A stretch of 64,000 bases of DNA, from contig NW_003314343.1 of NCBI RefSeq assembly GCF_000143415.4, positions 496,813-560,812 of the forward strand, read 5' to 3'. The notes below the pieces were generated by a model. The model saw only the letters and a list, made by a program, of their open reading frames with translations, was not told the origin of the DNA and made no database searches. Within the stretch, counting starts at the first letter, position 1; each line of letters starts with the position of its first letter. Positions 1 through 11,200 of the stretch are shown here, in pieces. The DNA is from Selaginella moellendorffii. Its lineage: Eukaryota; Plantae; Lycopodiophyta. The position numbers and the translations under genes are program-made.

Positions 1-2550
1 TAGAACAGCGATTGACAGAGTTGTTGAAGCAGTTGCCGCCGCTGATACCATGCCTGCAGCAACAGCAGCCACCGCCGCCGCTGCTTCCTCCATCCCCGGC
101 CCTGCGGCACTCAACGGTGCCGCCACTGCTACCGCTGGTCCTGGCAGAGGTTCGCCGGCTTGTTAAGGAGGCCATGGGCTGTTGGGGTGGATCTAGCAAA
201 GCGGTGAGAGATCATGAATCTTTTTATTCTCCTCCTGCTTCTGTTTCCTCCTCTATTTCAAAGTGAGCATTTCATATCCCACCATTAGGCGCTCACTAAG
301 CAGCGATTGGCAATGGTAGAACAACGATTGCAAGAGCTGTTGAAGTAGTTGCTGCCGCTGATACCACCCCTACAGCAGCAGCAGCCACCGCCGCCGCTGC
401 CTCCTCCGTCCCTGGCCCTACGGCACTCAATGGTGCCACCACTGCTACCGCTGGTCCTGGCGGAGGTTCGCTGGCTTGTTACGGAGGCGATGGGCTGTTA
501 GGGTGGATCTAGCAAAGCAGTGAGAGATCATGAATCTTTTTATTCTCCTCCTGCTACTATTTCGTCCTCTATTTCAAAGTTAGGATTTCATATCCCACCG
601 TCAGGCGCTCACTAAGAAGCGATTGGCAATGGTGGAACAACGATTCCAAGAGCTGTTGAAGTAGTTGCCGCCGCTGATACCACCCCTGCAGCAGCAGCAG
701 CCACTGCCGCCACTGCTTCCTCCATCCCCGGCCCTGCGGCACTCAACGGTGCTGCCACTGCTACCGCTGGTCCTGGCGAAGGTTTGCCGGCTTGTTAAGG
801 AGGCCATGGGCTTTTGGGGTGGATCTAGCAAAGCGGTGAGTGATCATGAATCTTTTTATTCTCCTCCTGCTAGTTTCCTCCTTGCTTCAACAGCTCTTGC
901 AATCCCTGTTCTACCATTGCAATTTGCTGCTTAGTGAGCGCCTGACGGTGGGATATGAAATCCTAACTTTGAAATAGAGGACGAAATAGTAGCAGGAGGA
1001 GAATAAAAAGATTCATGATCTCTCACTGCTTTGCTAGATCCACCCTAACAGCCCATCGCCTCCGTAACAACACTGTCAAGCGCTCACTAAGCAGCGAATT
1101 GCAATGGTAGAATAGCGATTGCAAGAGCTGTTCAAGCAATTGCCACTGCTGATACCACCCCTGCAGCAGCAGCAGCCACCGCCGCCGCTGCTTCCTCCGT
1201 CCCCGGCTCTGCGGCACTCAACAGTGCTGCCACTGTTACCGCTGGTCCTGGCGGAGGTTCGCCGGCTTGTTAAGGAGGCCATGGGCTTTTGGGGTGGATC
1301 TAGCAAAGCGGTGAGAGATCATGAATCTTTTTATTCTCCTCCTGCTATTGTTTCGTCCTCTATTTCAGAGTGAGGATTTCATATCCCACCTTCAGGCGCT
1401 CACTAGGCAGTGAATTGCAATGGTAGAACAGCAATTGCAAGAGTTGTTGAAGCAGTTGCCGCTGCTGATACCACCCCTGCAGCAGTAGCAGCCACCGCCG
1501 CCACTACTTCCTCCGTCCCCGGCCCTGCGGCACTCAACGGTGCCGCCACTGCTACCGCTGGTCCTGGCGGAGGTTCGCCGGCTTGTTAAGGAGGCCCTGG
1601 GCTTTTGGGGTGGATCTAGCAAAGCAGTGAGAGATCATGAATCTTTTTATTCTCTTGCTGCTACTGTTTCCTCCTCTATTTCAAAGTGAGGATTTCATAT
1701 CCCACCGTCAAGCGCTCACTAAACAGCGATTGGCAATGGTAGAACAGCGATTGCAAGAGTTGTTGAAGCAGTTGCCACCGCTGATACCACCCCTACAGCA
1801 GCAGCAGCCGCCGCCGCCGCTGCTTCCTCCATCCCCGGCCCTGTGGCACTCAACGGTGCCGCCACTGCTACTCCTGGTCCTGGCGGAGGTTCGCCGGCTT
1901 GTTAAGGAGGCCATGGGCTTTTGTGGTGGATCTAGCAAAGCTGTGAGAGATCATGAATCTTTTTATTCTCTTGCTGCTGCTGTTTCGTCCTCTATTTCAA
2001 AGTGAGGATTTCATATCCCACCATTAGGCGCTTACTAAGCAACGATTGGCAATGGTAGAACAGCAATTGTAAGAGCTGTTGAAGCAGTTGCCACTGTTGA
2101 AACCACCCTTCCAACAGCAGCAGCCACCGCCGCCGCCACCTCCTCCGTCCACGGCCCTACGGCACTCAACAGTGCCGCCACTACTACCGCTGGTCCTGGC
2201 GGAGGTTCGCCAGGTTGTGAAGGAGGCCATGGGCTGTTGGGGTGGATCTAGCAAAGCAGTGAGAGATCATGGATCTTTTTATTCTCCTCCTGCTATTGTT
2301 TCCTCCTCTATTTCAAAGTGAGGATTTCATATCCCACCGTCAAGCGCTCACTAAGCAGTGATTGGCAATGGTAGAACAACGATTGCAAGAGTTGTTGAAG
2401 CAGTTGCCGCTGCTGATACCACCCCTGCAGCAGCAGTAGCCACCGCTGCCGCTGCCTCCTTCATCCCTGGCCCTGCGACACTCAACGGTGCCGCCACTAC
2501 TACCGCTGGTCCTGGCGGAGGTTCGCCGGCTTGTTAAGGAGGCCATGGGC
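1..2550. repeat. 316-bp tandem repeat array (about 8 copies, running off the window start) with one inverted segment at ~883-1070
   Basis: The motif TAGAACAGCGATTG recurs with small variants at 1, 317, 633, then 1108, 1424, 1740, 2056, 2372, giving a period of 316. That is not a multiple of 3, and stop codons differ between copies. Confidence 0.95.
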
Positions 2551-2719
2551 GAGAAGATGTGTCCAATGGTTGAGGAGCTGTCCATGGCTGAGGAGAGCAT
2601 GTTGGGTGAGGAGACACGATTGCCGCTACTGCCACAACCACCACGACCTTCGCCACCGTCGTCACCATGACCACTATGACTATTGGCATCATTGCCACTA
2701 TGATCCCCCAGTGACATGC

Positions 2720-2950
2720 CATCCTAGGTGCAGACCCACTCTTAGTGCTCTCGGTGAAGAAGAAGATGCCATTGACAACGTTGCGGTGCGTAGAGAGCTC
2801 GCCTGGCCTGTGAAAACCCTCACTAAGTCCTTGCAGCCACAGATGATCCAATTGGTGCTGGGGCTCCAGTTGAGGCAAGTGATTGTGTCTTGGATGTTGG
2901 AGAGCAACTGGAACGCCATGAACTCCTTGCGGCACCCGGGCGTTCCACCA
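2720..2950 (-). pseudogene. PWP2: Captured fragment of PWP2-like WD40 gene
   Basis: Minus-strand translation TPGCRKEFMAFQLL..DTITCLNWSPSTNWIICGCKDL..ATLSMASSS closely matches 13190-13410 (+), which resembles the PWP2 N-terminus. Confidence 0.7.
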
Positions 2951-3239
2951 GCAGGAGCAGAAGCGAAAGCATTGCAAAGGGGAATCAAGCTAAAGTCTTA
3001 TTAATTAGGGCTCTTGGGATGGATGTAGCAAAGCGGTGAGAGATCATGAATCTTCTTATTCTCCTCCTGCTATTGTTTCCTCCTTTATTTTGGAGGGAGG
3101 ATTTCATATCCCACCGTCAGGCGCTCACTAAGCAGTGATTGGCAATAGTAGAAGAGCAATTGCAAGAGCTGTTAACGTAGTTGCCGCCGCTGATGCCACC
3201 CTTACAAGTCCTTGCAGCACCCAGGCGTTCCACTCACCT

Positions 3240-6200
3240 AAACCCTAAACTGTCAATGGTGCCGCCACTGCTGCGGCTGGTCCTGGTGGAGGTTCACTAG
3301 CTTGTTAAGCAGGCCATGGGCGAGAAGATGTGTCCAATGGTTGAGGAGCCGTCCATGACTGAGGAGAGCATGCTGGGTGAGGAGACACGATTGCCACCAC
3401 TGCCACAACCACCATGACCATTGCCACCGTCGTCACCACGACCACCATGACCATCGGCACCATTGCCACCATCCTCACCACCACCACCACTGCAAGGGAT
3501 GGGGACCACCACCAACATGATCAATGGATTGGTATCATCATTGTTGTTCCTACTGTGTCCAACGAAGTAGGAACATCTATCATACTCCAAAAGATTAAAG
3601 TATGTAATCAAGTGTGTGTGTGTGTGTGTGTGAGATTTTCTAACTTGGAGTGTAGATTGCTGCTACTACAACCATTGATGAACAGCCCTAGCCTTGATCC
3701 AGCTGCAATCTTTTGTTTTTATGAATCTTCATCTAATCACCCTGGCTCTTGTGCCTTTGTTGAGACCGTAAGCTCTCATGGATGCTCAAAAGTTTGGCTA
3801 GGCTAGGGCTCCCAACAGTGTAGTTAAGGGTGGTCATGCCACTTTGCACCAAGCTCTAGTGGATTGCTGCAGAGCTTCAACTTGAGCTCAAGCGTTGAGA
3901 ATGATTCCGAGAGTGAGATATTGAGAACAATCCCAAGAGTGAGATAGAACCGGTTTTAGGGTTTTGGGTTTTGGGTTTAGGGTTTATATCATCACCCAAC
4001 ACATGGGCATAGCCTTCCTAGGTCATACTAGCATTTTTTGGCCAAACTAGCCCCACTGGGGTCCAACCTTTACACTCTCCCTATTATATTTTTAGAACCC
4101 CTTGCACCCTAAACCCTAAACTGTTTCCTCCTCCGCCCCCGCCCCTGCTACTATCAATGGCGCTGCCATTGCCGCCGTTGGTCCTGGCAGAGGTTCACCG
4201 GCTTGTTAAGGAGGCCATGGGCGAGAAGATGTGTCCAATAGTTGAGGAGCTGTCCATGGCTGAGGAGAGCATGCTGAGTGAGGAGACACGATTGCCACCA
4301 CTGCCACAACCACCATGACCATTGCCACCGTCGTCACCACGACCACCATGACCATCGGCACCATTGCCACCATCCTCACCACCACCACCACCGCAAGGGA
4401 TGGGGACCATCACCAACATGATCAATGGATTGGTATCATCATTGTTGTTCCTACTGTGTCCAATGCAGTAGGAACATCTATCATACTCCAAAAGATGAAA
4501 GTATGTAATCAAGTATATGTGTGTGTGTGTGTGTGTGTGTGAGATTGTCTAACTTGGAGTGTCAATTGCTAGTACTACAACCATTGATCAGCAGCCTTAG
4601 CCTTGATCCAGCTGCAATCTTCTGCTTTTGTGAATCTTCATCTAGTCACCCTAGCTCTTGTGCCTTTGTTGAGACCGTAAGCTCTCATGGATGCTTAAAA
4701 CTTTGGCTAGGCCAAGCTCTGGAGCGATCCACCAGAGATTGGTGCGAAGTGGCATGACCACCTTGAACTACGCTGTTGGGAGCCCTGGCCTCGACCCGAG
4801 CACAAGCGTTGAGAACGATTCCGAAAGTCAAATATTGAGAACGATCCCGAGAGTGAGATAGAACCGGTTTTAGGGTTTAGGGTTTATATCATCACCCAAC
4901 ACATGGGCATAGCCTTCCTGGGTCATACTAGCATTTTTTGGCCAAATTGGCCACACTGGGGTCCAACCCTTAGACTCTCCCTATTATTCTTTTAGAACCC
5001 CTTGCACCCTAAACCCTAAACTGCTACCTCCTTCGCCCCCGGCCCTGCTGCTGTCAATGGTGCCACCGCTACCGCCGCTGGTCCTGGCGGAGGTTCACCG
5101 GCTTGTTAAGGAGGCCATGGGCGAGAAGATGTGTCCAATGGTTGAGGAGCCGTCCATGGCTGAGGAGAGCATACTAGGTGAGGAGACACGATTGCCACCA
5201 CTGCCACAACTACCACGATCGTCACCACCATCGTCACCGCGACCATCGGCACCACTGCCACTATCCTCACCACCACCACCACTATAGGGGATGGGGACCA
5301 TCACCAGCATGATCAGTGGATTGGTATCATCATTGTTGTTCCTACTGTGTCCAGCGTAGTAGGAACATCTATTATACTCCCAAAGATGAAAATATGTAAT
5401 CAAGTGTGTGTGTGTGTGAGATTGTCTAACTTGGAGTGTAGATTGTTGTTACTTCAACCACTAATCAGCAGCCCTAGCCTTGATCCAGCTGCAATCTTTT
5501 GTTTTTGTGAATCTTTATCTAATCACCCTGGCTCTTGTGCCTTTGTTGAGACTGTAAGCTCTCATGGATGCTCAAAACTTTTGCCAGGCCAAGGCTCCCT
5601 ATAGCGTAGTTCAGGATGGTCATGCCACTTTGCACCAAGCTCTAGTAGATCACTCCTGAGCTTCGACCTGAGCGCAAGCGTTGAGAATGATCCCGAGAGT
5701 GAGATATTGAGAACTAAGAGTGAGATAGAATGTCGGCCTCACAGCGCTGGTACCCCTAGCAAGCCGAGATTGTGATCCGAGTAAGCTTCCACCATGCTCA
5801 CCACACAATCTCTGAGATGGCAGAACACACTATGAGCACCTTGATGATGGTCACCTCCCTTGGCCTCAACCTTGAACAAAAGAAGTGTGGCCCCCTGATA
5901 CCATTTGGATTTTGGAACAACACTTTAGAACACCGTGGCCCTACGTGAGCCTCATGGGTTTTCTCCCCACTTTCCGCCTTTGGGTGTTCTAGCCATGGGG
6001 CTCAAGTGAGGTTTTGTTGAGCCATGCCAAGTATCTAAGTAGGTAGTGTCACCCATGCTTAGACTGGGAGTATTGACAATTTGATCTCCCGGAGGAACTA
6101 CAGCTAGTTCTTGAACACTTCATTAAGCTACCCTGTTTGTCAGTCTGTATTCACTTTAGCTTTGGACTCTTTAATGGATATATCATCACCCAACACATGG

Positions 6201-6380
6201 GCATAGCCTTCTTGGGTCACACTAGCCTTTTCTTAGCCAAACTAGCCCCACTGGGGTCCAACCCTTACACTCTCTTTATTATACTTTTAGAACCTCCTAC
6301 ACCATAAACCCTAAACTGCCGCCTCCTCTGCCCCTAGCCCTGCCACTGTCAACAGTGCTGCCGCTGGTCCTGGCGGAGTT
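3240..6380. repeat. ~0.9-kb tandem repeats (3 full copies plus a partial), each with a (GT)n tract and short telomere-like TTTAGGG/CCCTAAA motifs
   Basis: AAACCCTAAACTG recurs at ~3240, 4111, 5011 and 6307. Shared blocks include GGCGAGAAGATGTGTCCAAT and ATATCATCACCCAACACATGGGCATAGCC. The third copy carries about 400 bp of extra sequence (5731-6180). Confidence 0.9.
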
Positions 6381-6849
6381 GTACCAGGACATCTTTCAAT
6401 CCTAACAACTTGCCGGAATTTAAATATTTATTTAGATATTCCATTTTATCTTACATATATTTGAATATAATCCACTCCCTTTAAATAAAAACTCTTTTCC
6501 TACCCTTTTCCATATGCTGGCACAACTTAGGATTAGCAAAAACAAGAATATTATATTTGATAATCTCAAAACACCTATGATTTATCAATTTACCTGTATT
6601 GGACCATAAATTATTTATATTAAATATAACATATTCACATAGAAACCTTGTCATGTGGTCAATAAATAAATATTGTACAAAATTAAACTGTTTACATTTA
6701 ACATTTTTTACTATTAAAAATAAATGTAATTTAGTTATATATAATCAACAAGCACCAAATTATATATAGTGGGAAACCAAAACTTATAATTATCCAAAAT
6801 GTGTCCTATAGTTATATTACTATTTGAAATAACAAAAATTATTTGCTGT

Positions 6850-7023
6850 TGTGAGGGCCAAGTGTACGGCTACGATGCCGTATACTAATATTAGCGTAGT
6901 GGATTTTGGTAGCCGTCGGATTGGTTTCAATCCGGACCACTCGCTCCTGTATATAAGCTAGGGTTTTTGGGCTAATTGATATGCACATTTCTGTATTCCC
7001 TTTCCATATTCCAGGCACTCACA
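6850..7023 (+). repeat. 5' LTR (174 bp)
   Basis: TGTGAGGGCC...GGCACTCACA. Contains TATATAAG and a telo-box-like TAGGGTTT. Confidence 0.97.
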
Positions 7024-7024
7024 T

Positions 7025-7040
7025 TGGTGGAGATGAGGGG
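7025..7040 (+). promoter_or_regulatory. Primer binding site complementary to the tRNA-Ala 3' end
   Basis: TGGTGGAGATGAGGGG lies 1 nt after the LTR. Plant tRNA-Ala ends ...CCCCGCAUCUCCACCA (recalled from memory). Confidence 0.8.
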
Positions 7041-7246
7041 CACCTTTGATTATCCCTGAGGAGTGCTTGGATTTGGGATTTTGGTTTAGATCTAGCTTTT
7101 GCATCGTCTAGATCTAGCTTTTTCCATTTTCTTTCTTTTGTTCTTTCTTTGGTTTAGATCTAGTTTTTTGCGTTGTCTAGATCTACCATTTCCTTCTAGC
7201 TTTTTGTCATCTCTCTTCTTTTGCTCTTTCTTTTTCGTTCATCTTC

Positions 7247-8179
7247 ATGGCAGATCCGCAATCTCCTCCTTTGACTCTAGAGCAGCAGTTGGTACAATTG
7301 CTTGATGCTATGCGTTTGCAATTGAACAACCAAACTCAGTTGATGGCGGCGTTCACGGCACGTGGTACAACTCCTCCTGCTCTTGGTGTTAATCCTCGCG
7401 TTTGGCCGGAGTTCTTTCGCGGGAATCCTGGGGATGATGTGTACCATTGGTTCGATCACTTCACGGTGATTGCCACATATCATTCTTGGGATGATGCTCG
7501 ACGTTTGTGGGAGTTTCCCATGTGTCTCCAAGGGACGGCGTTGCAGTGGTACAATGGTTTGAGCGCAGCCACTTGTGGGGATTGGAGTGTTCTCCCGGAT
7601 GTCTTCAAACGCGCCTTCGGCCATGCCGATGATTGTGATGATGCTTTCCAACAATTGCATCGTCTTCGCCAAGGGCCATCTGAGTCGGTGATGCAATTTG
7701 GCGTTCGTTTCCGAAGTCTTTTGCTTCGTGCGGAGCCAAATATGTCGGAGCGGATCAAGCTAGGAATGTTGTGGCCAGCACTTCGTCAAGATCTTGTCGG
7801 ACTTGTGCATGCACTTGCTCCTGCCACCCTTGACGATGCTCTTCGCTGGGCACAACGTTATGAGACGTTGCCTCTTCCACTTCTCGCTGCACGTCCTTCC
7901 GCTCCCCTTCCTATGGGTGATGGTCCTGTTCCAATGGAGGTTGATGCTGCTGCTGCTCGAGTCCAAGGACAAGCGCGAGGACGTGGTCGTGGCCGTGATG
8001 TTCGCTGCTGGGCATGTGATGAAGTTGGTCATACTTATCAGCGTTGCCGTCGTTTTCCGGATTGGCGACCTCCATTTCCTGGGTGGAGACCTTGGCGTCA
8101 GCAACGTCCCGTGGGTGCTGCTGCAGTGGAAGGTCTGGACACCGAGATGCATCCGGGAAACGAAGAGTCGCGCGAGTAA
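7247..8179 (+). CDS. gag: Retrotransposon Gag (capsid plus CCHC zinc knuckle)
   Basis: 310 aa with PEFFRG..D, LQGTALQWY, LRQGPSESV, PVPMEVD and CWACDEVGHTYQRC. Confidence 0.95.
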   Translation: MADPQSPPLTLEQQLVQLLDAMRLQLNNQTQLMAAFTARGTTPPALGVNPRVWPEFFRGNPGDDVYHWFDHFTVIATYHSWDDARRLWEFPMCLQGTALQWYNGLSAATCGDWSVLPDVFKRAFGHADDCDDAFQQLHRLRQGPSESVMQFGVRFRSLLLRAEPNMSERIKLGMLWPALRQDLVGLVHALAPATLDDALRWAQRYETLPLPLLAARPSAPLPMGDGPVPMEVDAAAARVQGQARGRGRGRDVRCWACDEVGHTYQRCRRFPDWRPPFPGWRPWRQQRPVGAAAVEGLDTEMHPGNEESRE

Positions 8180-8218
8180 TGGAGGGACCTTGCGCGAATA
8201 AATCAGTGACCCCTCCAT
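8155..8218 (+). promoter_or_regulatory. -1 programmed ribosomal frameshift signal: slippery heptamer plus H-type pseudoknot
   Basis: G_GGA_AAC in the gag frame (8155-8161), 6-nt spacer, stem 1 at 8168-8176/8189-8197, stem 2 at 8179-8186/8211-8218. pol lies in the -1 frame. Confidence 0.88.
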
Positions 8219-11200
8219 CTTTCTTTCGGGAGTATCATCAAGGGGTTCACTCGGCACCGGTTCATCCCGTGTTTACTTTCCAAGCTCGTTTTTATAACAA
8301 GAGGTCTCCTATTATTCTCTCCGTGTTGGTTGATACAGGTTCGAGTTTATCTTCTATTGCTCGACCTGCTACCACACGTTGTCGTCTACACTTGCGTCGT
8401 GCGGCGGAACCAGTTTTCATTCTTTATGGCAACGGCCGTACACATGCATGTGCACGGGATGAGGTGGACCTGGTTGTGCGTGTGGGCGATCTCGAGCTTG
8501 AGTTGCAGTCGTTGCGAGTGGTGCCGAGTCAAGCTTTTGACCTCATTCTTGGTATGGATTGGTTGCAGCGCAATCATGCCAAGTGTGACTTTGAGGTTTT
8601 TCCCCCTTGTCTACTTCCTTATGTTTCATCCATTCCTCTCACTTCCATACCTCTTCGTCCCTTTACTTCTACCTCTGCTTCCATTACTTTTGTTCCCCCA
8701 CTATTTCCTCCTGTGTTTCCATCTTGTTCTGCTTTTCCCTTTTCCGATCCCTCCGACGATCTTTGTGTTGCAGCAGTTGACCGGCTCATGAAGGAGTATT
8801 CTGATCTCTTTGAATTTGACCTATCGTCTGGGGCCAAGATTGCCACACGTCATCCGATTCCAACCGGGGATGCTCGTCCAATCAAGGTTCCTGTTCGTCG
8901 TCGGTCACCTAAGGAGATCAAGATTTTACGAGCCAACGTCAAGAAAATGCTGGAGAAGGGTGTTATTCGGAAGTCGCGGAGTCCTTGGGCATGTGAACCT
9001 CATCTTGTGACGAAGCCTGATGGGAGTATTCGTTTCTGCATCGACTATCGCCCGTTAAACGAAGTGACGATCCCAGATGTGTATCCTCTTCCTCACACTG
9101 CTGATCTCTTAGATCGTCTGGGGCGAAGTCATTGGTTCACCAAGCTAGATCTTGCTTCTGGGTATTGGCAAGTACCGATGGCCGAAGAAGATATTCCTAA
9201 GACTGCTTTTCGTACACCATTTGGTTTGTATGAGTTCTTGGTGATGCCGTTTGGTTTGAACAATGCTCCCGCAACTTTCCAGCGGATGATGGACGAGGTT
9301 CTTTGCGATATGCCGGAAGTGACTGCTGACTTCATTGATGATGTTTTGATCCACTCGGAGGGGACGTGGGAGGAGCACGTTCGTGATGTTTGTAAAGTGT
9401 TGGATCGGCTACGTGAGGTTGGTTTAAAGCTGAAGCGGTCAAAGTGCGTGTTTGGGTCCAAGGACACAACTTATCTTGGGTACCGTATTTCTCGTGAGGG
9501 TTTGCAAGTTGATCCTGACAAACTTGTGGCTGTTCTAAAGTTCCCTACTCCGAAATGTGTGAATGATGTGCAGCGCTTTTTGGGTAAGGTGCAGTATCTC
9601 GGTCGTTTTGTGGATCATCTTTCCGATCGCACTACACCATTGCAAGCGTTGCTGAAGTCATCAACGTCATCTTTCATCTGGTCTCCGGATTGTGAGCGGG
9701 CGTTCATGGATCTCAAAGAGTTATTGACGACTCCTCCGGTTTTGGCATATCCTGACTACACTCGACCTTTTATTTTGCGCGTGGATGCTTCTGACATTGG
9801 TCTTGGAGGTGTGTTGATGCAAGAGAGCTCGAGTGTGCCTGGTCAGCGCCATCCCATTGCATACATAAGCCGTACATTACAACCAGCGGAGATGAACTAC
9901 TCCACGACGGAGAAGGAGTGTTTAGCAGCAGTCTGGGGTTTCAAGAAACTTCATGCATATCTACATGGTTCTCGGACGTTACTTGAAGGTGACCATGCTG
10001 CTGTTACTTCGTTATTGAAGCAGAAGAACCTGGTTGGTCGTACGGCTCGATGGGCTTTGAAGCTTCAGATATATAATTTCGATGTTGTTCATCGCCCAGG
10101 GAGTTCTATGGCTGATGCTGATGCCCTTTCTCGAGCTCTTCTTCCTTCTCCACTCACTTCTCATGTTTTTGACGAACCTGTTGTTCCAGCGTCTGTGGAT
10201 TTTCTAGATGAGGATTCTGTGCCGTCGGCGGTTGCTGTCCTTGACGTTCAATGTCCACAGGGCGCAGAGCAAGATCTACCTTCTCTTGATGAGGTTCGCG
10301 AGGCTCAAAAGATTGAGCCGTGGATTCGAAGGCTTCGAGATGGGTTTGAGAATCCTGCATCACTTGCTGATGACTTGCCTTTCCGGCATTTACATTCTCA
10401 ATATCGCCTTGAAGATGGCCTTCTTTATTTTGTGGGGACGGATCCTAATGATCATTTACGGTTGGTGGTGCCTTCGGTGTTTATTCCGCGGTTTCTCCAT
10501 GCCTACCATGATTCTCCTATTCTAGGTGGGCATATGGGACACCGTCGTGTCACCGAGAAGCTGCGCAGGTCTTTCTATTGGCCGGAGATGCGACGTGATA
10601 TTATCCGGTATGTGCGTAGCTGCGTTTGGTGCCAAGCTCGTAATACTCCCCCTCGTGCTGCGGAAGGACGGTTGGAGTCAATTGCAGTTTCCCGTCCGTT
10701 TGAGTTGGTGGCGTTTGATCTTATGGGACCTTTTCCACGATCGACTGCTGGCAATGAGTATGTTATTATTGCTTCTGACTACTTGACTCGTTGGGTGGAA
10801 GTTGGTGCTCTTGCTAGCGCCTCTGCAACTGCTGTTGGATACTTCCTCCTCAATCGAGTGGTGTTCCAGCATTTTTGTCCAGAGCGGATTCTTTCGGATA
10901 ATGGTCCTACATTTATGGCTGAGGTATTTCATGTTTTGACATCTCGGTTGGGGATACGCCACACTTTTACGAGTGCTTATCATCCACAATCAGACGGTCT
11001 GGTGGAACGGCTCGTTCGGACATTCAAAGGGATGATTGCGAAGTATGTGAACTTTCAGCATTCGGATTGGGATGGTTATTTGCCGTCTCTTCGGTATGCC
11101 TATGTCACAGGGGTGCAGAGTTCTGTTGGTGCTTCACCATATAAACTTCTATATGGTCATGATCCAATATTACCAACAGAGCTGGGTTTACCTTCGCGAT

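Noticed and set aside
1-2550. Possible CRISPR-like array
   Set aside because: Whole 316-bp units repeat with no unique spacers, and the context is eukaryotic.
12-5604. Many 60-150 aa Pro/Gln- or Gly-rich ORFs, one with a signal-peptide-like start (1637-2005)
   Set aside because: They are by-products of GC-rich tandem repeats. The period is not a multiple of 3 and stops differ between copies.
5731-6078. TGTC...GACA segment containing CTGATACCA (reverse tRNA-Met PBS-like)
   Set aside because: No TSD or paired LTR was found, so it cannot be called as an element.
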